Of a stretch of 64,000 nt of DNA, positions 14,000-26,825 are shown piece by piece. Each line of letters begins with the position of its first letter. Position 1 is the first letter of the stretch. The translations under genes and the position numbers were made by a program. Origin of the DNA: Antedon mediterranea (taxonomy: Eukaryota > Animalia > Echinodermata). The notes under the pieces were generated by a model that was not told the DNA's origin, searched no databases, and was given only the letters and a program-made list of their open reading frames with translations. The stretch lies in the NCBI RefSeq assembly GCF_964355755.1, contig NC_092670.1, forward strand, positions 9,352,201 through 9,416,200. The letters are read 5' to 3'.

Positions 14000-14690
14000 A
14001 TGACCATCCAACTGTCATTTAACATTTAACTAGTCTTTAACATTAAACCTAGTTAACACCTACTAACTACCTATTACCTATATGTAACTGTTAAGTTGAA
14101 ACATATTTAATTTTAAAATAAATGTATACCCATAAAAATATGTTGGGAACATTGATTGAAAAAAATACAATGTTATTAGCAAAATAATTAAAAAGAAAAT
14201 GTGTTAAAAGAGAAGTGTAAAAAAATGAATACAAAATAATATATAAATATGGAAATAAAAGTGGGACAAACAAACTTACCTGGTTGTTTAACAGTTAACT
14301 ACTGTATTCGTTAACTTTTAACTAGTGAAATATTTGATTAACAGTTAATGTCATTAGACAGTTCGGCCTAACTTTTTGTAATAGTTACTTGTCGTTTAAA
14401 ACTATACTAGTCGTTTAACAGTTAATTAGTTGTTTAAACAGTAATTAACTAGTTGTTTAATAGTTAACTATTTTAACAATATTATACGAGTAAACAACAA
14501 TTTAACTAGTTTTCTAACACTAGTCATTTAACAGGTAGTTGTTTAACAGTTTTAAACTAGTCATTTAACAGCTAGGTGTTTAACAGTTAACTAGTCATTT
14601 AACAGCAATTAACCAGTCGTTAGGTTTTTAGTGGTTTAACAGTAAACTACCACCCTAGTCGTCCAACAGTTAAAAGTTGGTTTAAACTTG
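14000..14690. repeat. Degenerate array of TTAACAG/TTAACTAG/GTTAAC motifs, probably a non-autonomous transposon interior
   Basis: Dozens of short semi-palindromic ttaac motifs in both orientations. Confidence 0.5.
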
Positions 14691-15189
14691 CTGTGTTTTA
14701 TTTTTCAAAATTGAATTTTCAACTAAATACAAAATCTAGCCTATTATTGTTTTCATTATTATGGATGATCTGAAACACGAAATGTCCAACTAAGAGTGAA
14801 TGTAGTATAGTAGGCCTACATTATGTGTTTATAATTTACCCGTTATTCAAACATAGAAATGTAATGGCTAAACAAATTTGAAATGAATAAATACAATTAC
14901 ATAAATGTCTACGATTTTGATTGAAATAAATTATGTTAACCTTGTCAAAAGTACTGTACTCTATAAGTGACAGTTGATGATTGATTGATTACATTGCATT
15001 TGTAAAAATTAATTATCAATAAACAGGTTTTATAATTCAGATATTTTGGCAGGTTATCAAGTAACATAATGACTAAACATTTTCCTGACGTATAGCAAAT
15101 CAGCAAATCCACCACGGTATATTATGTTCAGTCAAAATCATCAAATTCCATACAGCACATTTGTGCACACATATGGCGACTATACCATA

Positions 15190-15352
15190 AGCTTTGGTTC
15201 CCACTAGAGACGTAACGCAAAGACGTAAGCGCAACGCAAAGTGAGTTGAACAACCACAAGCGATGGATCTCCGAAATGTCGCTTGTGAATGGTCAACTCG
15301 CTTGAGTTGCGTACTACGTGCTTGCGTTGCGTTTCTAGTGGGAACCAAAGCT
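15190..15352. mobile_element. MITE (AGCTTTGGTTCCCACTAGA TIR)
   Basis: Long TIR agctttggttcccactagagacgtaacgcaa / ttgcgttgcgtttctagtgggaaccaaagct. Confidence 0.85.
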
Positions 15353-16996
15353 ATGGCTCTACTAACCAGTGGGACTAGGCTTAACCTTCTAGGATAGAGC
15401 CAAAACATGATATAAATGGGTTTTTCTTTTGTATCAAACCGTGATTATAATATTAGAATATAATGCGTGTGAAACAACATTAGCGTAGTAGTAATTAACC
15501 CGTTCGACAATCAGCAACATGCAGTCATAGTGAATTTATGTTGTTCACACACGGTCTCATCACAGAATATTTGTAAATGTTCCAATTATTGTAGTTGTCG
15601 ATCGCGAATCAAATCACAATTAACTCATTATCAGAAACAGACCGCTCAGTAAAATAAGTGTTCAATAAAAGACAACGCCTTGTTTTGATTTTTAGTATTC
15701 AAGCGTCCGTAGAGACTTACTCACTCAATTTCCCCGAAGAGTTAAGTTATCGTTATTGAATATACAAAGATGCGTCAACAAAGGGAAACATTTAGTTTGA
15801 TGCTTTGCTTAACAAACAAAGCAAGTTTTCAGATGCGTTTTTAATGAAGACATTCCAATAGCACAATTGCATTATAATTATCCCGTATAGAACACGCGTT
15901 CCGTTCCCAATTTGAGTTCATCGGATACACCCGTATCGTGCCCGGTCCAAAAAAAAAACTCGCACGCACGCGAGTGTACGTCATACACAAATGACCTGAT
16001 TCTATTGCACTTTGAAAAGCTGTTTAAATTAAAGATCAATTTCCAGTTGGAATTCTGAACGAATCTTTTTTGGAGAATTAAAGTAAGGTCATGTCTGGGA
16101 ACAAGAATTACGAAAGATTGCACGGAAAGAATATCGCTGGTTTTGAAAATTACGAGGCACTGCGTTAAATTTGTTGAAAAATTCTTTCAATTTTAAATTA
16201 TAACGCGATGATGGCTATGGTTCCCAAAGTACATTAAGATCAGAAAGTATATAAACGAACTGCCACGGCATCTGGTGCGGTTCTGTATATGACAGTGGGT
16301 GCTTAAACTTCCGCGGCGCCTAATTTCTATAACAAAAATGATGCTATGATAATATTTTATTTAAAAAATCAACAAGGAGCAAACAAAAAATATATTTTGA
16401 TGATTTAAAGCACTCATAATACTGCGACTTAATGACGCAGATGAATTAATAATACACATCCTTTTGGGCAGACAAACGGGTTATTCCATGGTCCCGTCGA
16501 ATAGCCCCTCGAGCGGCCTTGTACATTATATTTAGCCCACGCATACAATTATCACTTCAGTAGGCCTACCGAGTTTGTTTTTAATCTATATGTATCTGGT
16601 TTTATCCCATGGGTACCTCATGGTTTGTATTTAATCAAATAATTATTTTCTAGGTAAATGCCAAGGTCGACAAAAAAAAATTATATTTTCTACTTTGGAA
16701 ATAAAATATCGTTCAATCATGAAGCTAATTGTTTAGCTCCATGGTCCAATGCATCCTTCACACTAATTAGTAATGGTTTAGGAATCTGACTGGTTCTAAT
16801 TGTTAAATAGGTACAAAAAACATAAAAACAAAATTATTGCACCACTGGTCAAATGCTATTTAATAGTAGTTTATAGATTAACGTAAGTGTTTTCTTCCGG
16901 TAGAGGATTCCGGAACATAATGAGGGAGGTATAAAAATAATTGCATACTGTATTACTATAATAATTATAGTAGTTTTATGTATTTGAATATTATTC

Positions 16997-17149
16997 AAAT
17001 CGGAGGACGGAAAGGTTCATTTTATTACAACCGTATTTGAATATTTGATTATTGGTTTTCATTTTAAACATTTCAAATTAATAGAATCCTCAGACAATGT
17101 AATGTTCAAATACGGTTGTAATAAAATGAACCTTTCCGTCCTCCGATTT
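16997..17149. repeat. Perfect 45-bp inverted repeat (hairpin) upstream of RBM48
   Basis: 16997-17041 aaatcggaggacggaaaggttcattttattacaaccgtatttgaa is the exact reverse complement of 17105-17149. Confidence 0.9.
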
Positions 17150-17706
17150 TGATGAAATTAAAAAGGATTGTTCAGCAACATATTTTTGTTGCTAATTAAT
17201 CATCGGCGCAGACATATAAATAGAGCAATAAGACTGCGCATACGATTGAGTATGTTTTGTTGTTGACACTGATTTTAAAAATGAATAGTTGATTTCTATA
17301 GAGGGCAGTGGCAATAGACAGTGTGTTCAAAAAGCTGTTTTCTGATTTAGTGCTGTTGCAACGGCTGTTGCAATTCCTTGTAGCCTAGGCCTAATTACTT
17401 CTTGCCTTTTGAGCGCACACTTTAAAAGCGTGTAAATTTAAATCAATCAATAAATTAAACTTGAAACGTTTTTTTTTTATTTGTTATTTTATTACATATT
17501 TTTTTTAATTTTTGAACACTACACACATACAGCGTTATAAATTTTTCGATTTAAAAAAAGCTAAGGCCGCGCCAAGCACTTTATATTCATTTTTGCTGCC
17601 GTTTTATTTATTAAACTATATTGCGCCCTCTATACCTACTATGGATCGGATCTCGGAGAAAGCGATTGTGTTGTAAATTAAAAAGAGGAAAAAAATAAAC
17701 AAAAAC

Positions 17707-20700
17707 ATGTCGACTTTGCCAAAAAAGCACCATGAACGTAGTAAAATTGCAGTAGATCGTCCTAAGTATAGAGAAGGCAACCGTGATCGAGCTGTCAAAG
17801 TAATAATCGGATCGATCCTTATAATCCATATCAAATTTAGAATTCCATGTAGGGGCCTATGCAATCGTCTCTGTCTGACTCTGTATGTACGTGTGTGCAT
17901 GATGCTGTAGGGCTAGCCTAGGCCTAGAGGCCCTATAGGTAGAGGCTAGTTAGTAGGCCTCTACTAGTCTAGGCCTGGCCTAGCCTAGGCCTACACAGTA
18001 CGCTAGCTAGGCTAGGCCTATATATGACGGATAGGCCTAGCTAGATAAAGAAGAAGCCGACCGAGCCGAGGCTTTTCCAGCTAACTAGGCCCTACTAGCT
18101 TAGCCTAACCTAGGCTAGAATAGAGAGAAAAGAGTGTGACCCGCTTCTACAATACTAGTTAGTAGTACACTAACTTGACTGGTCTAGCCTAGCTGGTAGA
18201 CTAACTTGACTAGTCTGGAGTGAGTGGCCGAGCGGTTAAGACAGTGGAACCGTAATTACGTAGCCATAACATCGGCAGGGTTCGGGGCTCACTCATTCGT
18301 CACTCCATGGTTCTGGTGGTAGAACGAGTCTTCTCTGATAAGGACTATAAACTGTAGGTCCAGTGTACACAACTAGCTCGTGTGCACTTTAAAGAACCTA
18401 GTACATCTTTCGAGACGAGTAGGGGGTTACCCTGGTGTATTAGTACATCACAGCCACTGATCAACAACTGGGCCATCTGGGAAGAGGTCACCTAGTATAA
18501 AAATAAACAAACAAACCAGGAGGCCTAGCTAGGTTTGGCTACCAACAAGGTTATATATACTACTACTACTAGCCTACCACCTAGAACTAGGGAGGGCTCC
18601 ATCATCTAGGCTAGGCAGGTCCTCCTACATTAATATGCCTAGCTAGCTCAGTTAATATAAAGGCGCTGAATATATTAATTAATATATTAATAAGAGGATT
18701 TTTTCTGTTCCTACAAAATGTTTTTCATTTCAGGTATTTACTATCAACAAAGAATCAGTGTATCTTTTGATACAAGGTGTACCTGACGTAAAGATCACCA
18801 GAGAGTTATTAGAACTGTGTTCTCTCTATGGTACAATAGATGAGTATCGAATACTAGACGATTACCCAACAGAACAATTTACCAAAGTATATTGGATAAA
18901 ATACCAACAACTTCAAGCAGCGAGGTACTGTGCTGTACAGTTAAGGGGAAATTATCAGTCAGGTGGGCAGGGGAACATATGATTGAGGACCATAGATTTT
19001 TGGTCCCAGTTTTATGGGCCAGGGTTAGGTGCAGCCGGGCTTGTGAAAAGTGTTTGATAAGCCGTGCCCATTTAAATATCCCTGAATAGACTTCCATAAA
19101 TGTAATAAGAAGCTCCCTATCTATTCAAATATCCTCCCCCCCCCCCCCCACCCACCCACCCCCACTTTCTAACTATTTTGTAGACTAAAACAAATGCTTT
19201 AAATACCAGAGTTGCAAAGCGTAAACTTGATGACCAATCATTCTATGGTGGTGTACTTCATGTTTGCTATGCTCCAGAGTATGAAACGGTGTCTGATACA
19301 CGACTAAAGTTACAAGAGCGAAGAAAGACTATTGCAAGAAGGACACGCCAAATCCAACTAGAAGGTTAGAAATTTACTAAATATTTATATATAAATCCAA
19401 AGGCAAATTACTGAAAATTATGACAATGCTGTGGGTATCAGTGGCTGTATCTCAATGGAGATACAAAATAAAATATGCAATAGCTAAATGAAAACGATAA
19501 AGTAAATCTGCCAGAAATATTAGCAGAGCTTTCAGGCAACACTAGCCCTTTATCAGTGCAAGTATAAATATTACTTACTTTTCTTATTTGTGCTCCATTA
19601 GAAATCAATTTACCAAAAGCATTAGCCGCTCTCTCCAAGACTCCCTCTAATTACTGAGACCATTTGGGTGGACCCAGCTGAACAGTTTCCTTCAAATTTT
19701 CCCTCCAATTAAAGACCACGTTTTAAATGATAAAATAAAATTTATGAATTTTTAGGGAAGGTGGACAGAAGAACAGACAAACCAACCTGATTACATTTAC
19801 CCTTACCCTTCAGGGAGCAAGATATTTGATTTTTAATTTTATGTAGTTAAGTTCTTCTGGGGCCCCAGACATTTCATGTTATGGTGACTCTGTTGCCTTT
19901 GGGGTCCCAGGACATGATTTCGAATAAATAAATAAAATGAAATAACTATTCTCACATTTAATTTCCCTCTGAATTTAAAGACCACTTCTAGTGCCTGTCT
20001 TTAGTTATAGAGATTCTAATTAAAATTAAAGACCACTAAAGCTCTGTCTACACTATCAAACTTGATGTGACAAAAAATGTGATGTGCCCATATATGGACA
20101 CAATGGTGTCATATCACTACCATATTTGGACACATCACATTCAGGGATGTCACCACGCTGGTCGGCGCTGGTCGGCCCCGACCAGCACTCAACATTTCCG
20201 ACCAGGATTCACAGGCTGCCGACCACCACTATTATTTATTAATAATTACGATATTTATATTAGGCCTAGGCCTAACTAAAATTCGTACTAAAACATTTTA
20301 CCTAGCACATCGTTAATAACAGACAAGCTAGCCTCATATAGATAAGACAAAAGACTACAGCAAATGTTTCCGTGGTTACGTACGTTACTTTATTTGTAAC
20401 ACAATACCAGGCCTACTCTGCCCTGGTATTCATTGTTACAGCTTGTGAGTCATGGCGAACAACAAGCAGCTAGCACAGTGTACAAGTTTAAAGTTCACAT
20501 AGCGACCATTCAAGCGTTTTATTTTGCACAGATTAAAAATACAAACAAGTACGCAGTAATTAAAAAAATGTACAACTACATAGACCCAAACAAAATCATT
20601 TTTAATTGCTGAATGTTTTGTCACCCTGCTTTAATTATATTATGTTACTAGGTAGTTTTACATTTTTTTACTCTACGAACTATTAAAAAAAAATAAAAAA

Positions 20701-23695
20701 ACATGCGCATGGTTCAGCAGTGAGACCGGGCAAGTTCGTTCGTTTATGATCGCCGAGCATGGTACAATAATTACACGTCCCTGGGATAACTTCAGGTTGC
20801 TGAACTTCAGTTAACCCATAAACACGTGTCTGTTCTTGCCGGCCATGCACTACATGCTTGCCGCACAGTTGTGAAACAAAAAATCCGGAATTCACGAATA
20901 CGCTCAAAAACTCTCGCGCAAAAGAACACGAACATTATATCGAGCAACAAGTAGTAAGGTCTAGGCTAATAATTTATCTACAGTATTTGATTGGGGATAA
21001 TAGGCCTAAATAAGGAAGCGCCAGTTTTTGTGGAATTCAGATTTTGGGGCATCTATCTAAGCCTTGGCTAGGCCTAGTGGTCGTAGTGTCTACAAGGCTA
21101 GGCCTAAGCCTGACGCGATCTATTGCTATTCATTTCGTAAGCGTTTTTTTGTTTTCGCGAATAATAACGGCGACTCCCCGGTGGTACAAGGTTAGGCCTA
21201 GACCTGACGCAATTTGTTGTTATTTATTTTCATAATTCTTTATGTTTCGCTAAAATAACGACAAACCCCCCCCCCCCCCCCCCCGGGATGAACACCGGGG
21301 TTATTTTAGCGACCGGCACTCCAAAAAGCTGGTGACATCCCTGATATTGTTTGTCACATCAAGTTTGATAGTCTACCTAGAGCTTAAAACGTGGGTCCCA
21401 AAAGTGGTCTTTAATTGGAGGGAGACCTATCTGGTAAAATGATGCTGTTGACTACTTCTCGATTATACCATAAATCTTCTAATTGTAACCCTGGGTTATT
21501 ATTCTTTGATTGTTTTTTAGGGAGGGTTACTATTAGAAGAAGGGTTACTATTAGAGTAGTGGGTTACTATTACTAATTTTGAAAATAGTAACCCACCCCA
21601 ACATTTCCAGTCAGCAAATCATAGCAACATTATAAAACAGTACGAATAAACAAATTTGTTTGAACTTTATTTTATAAACTCAAAAACACTCAACCCTCCC
21701 CCACTCCCAAGATCAACATGCATTGTCTCCTTATTTTCAAATACGGCTGCATCATAAACGACCAGTCTTCATAATGTCATTTTGCCAATAGTTTTTTGAC
21801 TCTATTATTAACCCCCATGGGTTACTATTAGAGTAGTGGGTTATTATTATAGATTGGCTTATAAGGTGGGTTACTATTAGAAGGGTGGTTACTAATAGAG
21901 TGTGGGTTACTATTAGAGTGTGGGTTACTATTAGAGTGTGGGTTGTTATTAGATTTACGGTATCATCGATTTGTCAATGTTTTATTTATAGATGCTCATA
22001 CTTCTAATGATGGACATCAAAATGACGAGCAGATACTTAGCACGTCTAAAAGTCAGCCATCAGGTTTAATACAAGATGAAAAAGAAGTCTCAAAAAGGAA
22101 TGAAATATCATCTGATAGTCAAATTTACACTAAAGATAAACAAACATATGACAGTTTTCCTCCAGCGTTGCCAGATCCACCAAAGCAACTACCATTTGAA
22201 AAATGGAAACGTTCAAAATATGATGGCGATCAACCACCATTACCAAGTGCTCACTCTACGCTACCCCCTCAGTTCAATCCATATCCTGCAGGGTATAGAC
22301 ACCCTGGCCCACCACAATCGCGTTGGCCTAGACTTAGAAAAAAAACGCAATACACTGATGACTATTATCGGCCTTCAGGCCAATTTAAAGAGCATTTACA
22401 AGAAGAGGCTAGGCATCCAAAGCTATCAAAAGAGGTAAATCTCATTAAATCATGTCTCAATTTAGAACAATACAGGGATTATTGTCCATCTCAAAGGCCT
22501 AGGCACCGAGAACAATTTGACTTTAGGCATCACAAACCACCAAGGCAATTTCAAAATAGCATGCATACTGTTGCATCAATTTCTGATTCCCAACATGTAA
22601 ACACAAAGAAGAATCAAGATGGTATAAAGTTTGTCCCACCAAGTGTAACAAGAAAACGTACATCATCTCAAGCTAATTTAAATACTACACCAAATGAGTG
22701 CGAGAAGAGAGTATACGAAGGGCAAATGACGTCACCCTCAAAACCAGGAATTACGTTATACAGACAAGGCAATAATTCAGTTGAGTATGAACAGCCACCA
22801 GGGCCAAAACAGATATCCACGGAAAGCTGCTCATTTAGAAGGACAGTTGAAAGTATTAGAAGTAAAATGAAAATGGTAAGTTCACAGTGGCGCAACAGCT
22901 ATGAGTGCTCACTGGCTAAATCCAGTGGCCTCGGAGCTTATGGTGGTCCCTGAGCAGTGCCCAGAGGAAAAAACAGGCATTAAAATATGTCTAAGGCTAA
23001 AAACGGCCAAGGCCCCTCCAGTGTTGGAGGGCCATTGTAGTCCAGGGGCTTCAGGTCTCTGCGTTACACCACTGTCATTTTGTAAATACAGTAGAACCAA
23101 CCCTCTTAGGACACGCCTATTAAGAGGACACCTTCGAAGGGCAAAACAATGGCCAACCCTATTAAGGGGACACCTTCGAAGGGCAAAAAAATGGCCAACC
23201 CTATTAAGGGGACACCTTCTAAGGGCAAAACAATGGCCAACCCTATTAAGGGGACACCTTCGAAAGGCAAAAAAATGGCCAACCCTATTAAGGGGACACC
23301 TTCTAAGGGCAAAACAATGGCCAACCCTATTAAGGGGACACCTCGAAGGGCAAAACAATGGCCAATCCTATTAAGGGGACACCTTTGAAGGGCAAAACAA
23401 TGGCCAACCCTATTAAGGGGATTCTATTTTATCAAGTAAATTCAAATAAATTTATTTGCCAATATCTAGATATTACGATACTAATATTCAGTCACAAGTG
23501 GTTCTTGATTTAAAGAGTTAAACTATGACCTCTTGTCAATTCAATGCTTGAAAACCTTTTTAGATTTTTATACTTTCAAAATATCATTTTTACAGATTTC
23601 TTTATTTTCTTTGGTAGGTTTCAAAAGTACCACACTTACCTGAAGCATCAACAGTGCCACCAGCTATTTCAAGTACAGAACGAATACGCATTTGA
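17707..23695 (+). CDS. RBM48: RNA-binding protein 48 (RRM, minor-spliceosome factor); join(17707..17799,18734..18924,19210..19364,21992..22875,23618..23695), 466 aa
   Basis: The spliced protein reads RPKYREGNRDRAVK|VFTINKESVYLLIQGVP...LCSLYGTIDEYRILDDYPTEQFTKVYWIKY..AAR|VAKRKLDDQSFYGGVLHVCYAPEYETVSDTRLKLQER and ends ERIRI*, matching RBM48 signature motifs. All four introns are GT-AG with consistent phases (0,2,1,0); total 1401 nt. Confidence 0.92.
18214..18517 (+). mobile_element. tRNA-derived Deu-type SINE in RBM48 intron 1
   Basis: A-box tggccgagcgg, B-box-like gggttcggggc, Deu-like core (tctgataaggactataaac..ggtcc..ttaaagaacc..ttcgagacgagtagggggttaccctggtgt) and an (AAAC)n tail. Confidence 0.8.
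18734..18924 (+). CDS. RBM48: RBM48 exon 2 (RRM)
   Basis: tttcag|GTATTT ... GCGAG|gtactg; encodes YLLIQGVP..YGTIDEY..YP.EQFT.VY.IKY. Confidence 0.92.
19210..19364 (+). CDS. RBM48: RBM48 exon 3
   Basis: ccag|A GTT GCA AAG ... GAA G|gttaga; encodes AKRKLDDQSFYGGVLHVCYAPEYE. Confidence 0.92.
20039..21386. mobile_element. AAGCTCTGTCTACAC-family MITE interrupted by a hAT-like element
   Basis: The left arm 20039-20141 and right arm 21344-21386 (gtcacatcaagtttgatagt..agagctt) are inverted repeats of each other. Confidence 0.7.
20142..21343. mobile_element. Non-autonomous hAT-like DNA transposon
   Basis: 14-bp perfect TIR CAGGGATGTCACCA / TGGTGACATCCCTG; no clean TSD; no coding capacity. Confidence 0.7.
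21468..21960. mobile_element. Tc1/mariner/pogo-like MITE with subterminal GGGTTACTATTAGAG repeats
   Basis: TA|CCATAAATC..CTAAT..AACCC ... GGGTTGTTATTAGATTTACGG|TA, with multiple ~18-bp subterminal repeats. Confidence 0.7.
21992..22875 (+). CDS. RBM48: RBM48 exon 4 (low-complexity C-terminal region)
   Basis: tatag|AT GCT ... AAA ATG|gtaagt, inside ORF 21943-22953; phase-compatible with exons 3 and 5. Confidence 0.8.
23089..23421. repeat. 42-bp minisatellite (~7 copies) behind a TA-CAGTAGAACC pogo-like terminus, in RBM48 intron 4
   Basis: Unit ctattaaggggacaccttcgaagggcaaaacaatggccaacc; it explains the spurious repetitive ORFs at 22901-23388. Confidence 0.85.
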
Positions 23696-23949
23696 CATAC
23701 GTACAATATTCTCAACAATTTATGTTTATCCTTTTTTTTTATGGATTTAATATATCAATCGATCTGTATTTTACAAAATAGATTAAAAAACATTAAAAAA
23801 TTATTTCTACGTGTACTGTACATGTATTTCTATACAGCATGTCGAAAAATTAAAATGAAATTGCATGGAAATTGATTTTTTTTTAATTTAAAAAAATCCA
23901 TCTACAATTATTTATTAAATAGTACATATTATATATTTAGATTTATTTA

Positions 23950-25777
23950 TTTTTTGACATAACTAGTTACTATAGCTCTATAAGATGATAACACAATATT
24001 TGTGCATATATGACAATATTATCGCATAATTATTGAATTTTAAAAAGTGTATATTTTGACCATTTTTCGAAAAAGGCCAAATTTCGACCCTTTAGTTTTT
24101 GACATAACTAGTTACTATAGCTCTATAAGATGATGATAACACAATATATGCGCATATATGGCAATATTATCGCATAATTATTGAATTTTAAAAAGTAGAT
24201 ATCTTGGCCATTTTTCGAAAATATCCCTTATGTACAGGGAAATTTTATAAAAATAGCCAATTTTCGACCATTTTATTTTTTGACATAAATGTTTACTATT
24301 GCATAATAAACATGCGCAGAGTCGAATAATGGGTTCTGCGCATGTTTATTATGCTTTAGTAACCATTCATGTCAAAAAATAAAAGTGTCGAAAATTGGCT
24401 ATTTTTCGAAAATTTCCCTGTAACTATAGGACAGGGATTTTTTCCAAAAATTGCCAACTTTCGCATAATAAACATGCGCAGAGTCGAATAATGGGTTCTG
24501 CGCTTGTCAATTATGCTATACTAACAAGTTATTTGGCGATTTTTTTACAAAATCCCTTTTATTTTTTGACATAAATGGTTACTATAGCATAATAAACATG
24601 CGCAGAGTCCAATAATGGGTTCTGCGCATGTCAATTATGATATAGTAACCAGTTATATCAAAAAATAAAATGGTCGAAATTTGGCCATTTTTGGAAAAAA
24701 TCACTGTACTATATTACAGGGAAATTTTCGATAAAGAGCCAATTTTCGACCCTTTTATTTTTGACATAAATGATTACTATAGCATAATAAACATGCGCAG
24801 AGTCGAATGATGGGTTCTGCGCATGTCAATTATGCTATAGTAACCTGTTATGTCAGATAATAAAATGTTCGAAAATTATTTTTAGACATAAATGCTTACT
24901 ATCACATAATAAACATGCGCAGAGTCGAATAATGGGTTCTGCGCATGTCAATTATGCTATAGTAACCAGTTATGTCAGATAATATATGCGCAGAGTCGAA
25001 TAATGGGTTCTGCAGATGTCAATTATGCTATAGTAACCAGTTATGTCAAAAAATAAAATTGTCGAAAATTATTTTTAAACATAAATGTTTACTATTGCAT
25101 AATAAACATGCGCAGAGTCCAATAATGGGTTCTGCGCATGTCAATTATGATATAGTAACCAGTTATATCAAAAAATAAAATGGTCGAAATTTGGCCATTT
25201 TTGGAAAAAATCACTGTACTATATTACAGGGAAATTTTCGAAAAAGAGCCAATTTTCGACCCTTTTATTTTTGACATAAATGATTACTATAGCATAATAA
25301 ACATGCGCAGAGTCGAATGATGGGTTCTGTGCATGTCAATTATGCTATAGTAACCAGTTATGTCAGAAAATAAAATAGTCGAAAATTATTTTTAGACATA
25401 AATGTTTACTATCGCATAATAAACATGCGCAGAGTCGAATAATGGGTTCTGCGCATGTCAATTATGATATAGTAACCAGTTATATCAAAAAATAAAATGG
25501 TCGAAATGTGGCCATTTTTGGAAAAAAATCCCTGTACTGTAGTACAGGGAAATTTTCGAAAAAGAGCCAATTTTCGACCCTTTTATTTGTTGACATAAAT
25601 GATTACTATAGCATAATAAACATGCGCAGAGTCGAATGATGGGTTCTGCGCATGTCAATTATGCTATAGTAACCAGTTATGTCAGAAAATAAAATAGTCG
25701 AAAATTATTTTTAGACATAAATGTTTACTATCGCATAATAAACATGCGCAGAGTCGAATAATGGGTTCTGTGCATGT
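23950..25777. repeat. Palindromic satellite, left block (122-bp and ~189-bp units)
   Basis: Repeated core tactatagcataataaacatgcgcagagtcgaataatgggttctgcgcatgtcaattatgctatagta. Long units add ..tccctgtactatagtacaggga.. Confidence 0.95.
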
Positions 25778-26647
25778 AGGGTACAACTCAATCTTCTCAC
25801 TCGAAACGGTAAAGAACGCAAAAATAAATGGACAAGAAATGGACAGAGCCATGTGGGGTCATTAAAACTGAATTGGACTGGGTCATTAGATAATGAGGAA
25901 ACTAGACAATTGGCCAATGGGACCCAAGAATCTAGGAGGTTGTTTTGAATACCGGCATACTAAAAACTGTCAATTTTAGGGGTTTATCACATGATCGATG
26001 TATTAAATGAATAAAAATATTAAATAATAGAATAATAAGACTTAAATTTTTTGTTAAAAGTTGAGAAAGTCGACATTTTTTTCATCCAATTTTCGAAAAA
26101 TCCTTGTACTACAGTACATGAATTTTGTTTTTTAAAACACGGTAAATTCGACTACAATATGTATGTTGTATTAATCGTTAGTTCTTTTAATATGACGAGA
26201 CGTTTTTTGTTGTGTTTTTAGGGTGTGAACAATTGTCAATCAAAATTGTATATATATGTTAAATACTATGTAACTATTTAAAAAACCCACCCTGACTTCT
26301 GATTGGCCAACCATATTCCAAGTAGTTTGTCAGTCAGCCTTTTTCAAAAATGTAGACAAAATTACCGTTAGCTTTGTCTGGGGCTTTTTTTCTAGGCCAC
26401 ATGGTATCATAGGATATGTGTAACTGTAAGAGGAGTAACTGAAGGTTACTGGATAATAACCTCTATAGTATGAGTTATTATCAAAATATATTATTAGAAT
26501 TGGTGGAATGAATTATTTGATTCACATCAAAATGAATTGTAGTGGAATTGCTCTTGAAATAAATATAAAATAGTTGAGAATTTACACTACTAAGGAAATA
26601 GTCTTGACAAGAATATAGAATTCACCATTTAATGTACACTCAACTGC

Positions 26648-26825
26648 AAAAGTTTCCCCCTCTGCTTTTTTTGTAAGGGCTTGGGACCTTCAAATACAAA
26701 GTGCAATGAATGATATAATGTAAATTATAATGTAATAATTAAAACTGAATGTAATTTATAAAAATTACAAAATAATTTACAACATTAATCATTGCTCTTT
26801 GGATTTGGCAGCATTAAAAACTTTT
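26648..26825 (-). ncRNA. Twister ribozyme (type P1) in the transposase 3' UTR, copy 1
   Basis: Minus strand: AAAAGUUUU-U^AA-UGCU-GC-C[long P3]G-AAGG-UCCCAAGC-CCUU-ACAAAAAA-AGCA-GAGGG-GGAAACUUUU. P1, P2, P4 and both pseudoknot pairings are satisfied. Predicted cut between 26816 and 26815. Confidence 0.9.

Noticed and set aside
19757-19815. Extra RBM48 exon
   Set aside because: It has an in-frame TGA in the required phase, and exons 3 and 4 already join in phase.
22901-23388. Repetitive-protein ORFs (LLRGHLRRAKQWPT)n and similar
   Set aside because: These are translations of a 42-bp intronic minisatellite.
17707-23695. U12-type introns in RBM48, or a functional link between RBM48 and U6-lineage transposons
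   Set aside because: The donors are GTAATA, GTACTG, GTTAGA and GTAAGT, none matching GTATCCTT. Adjacency alone is no evidence of a link.
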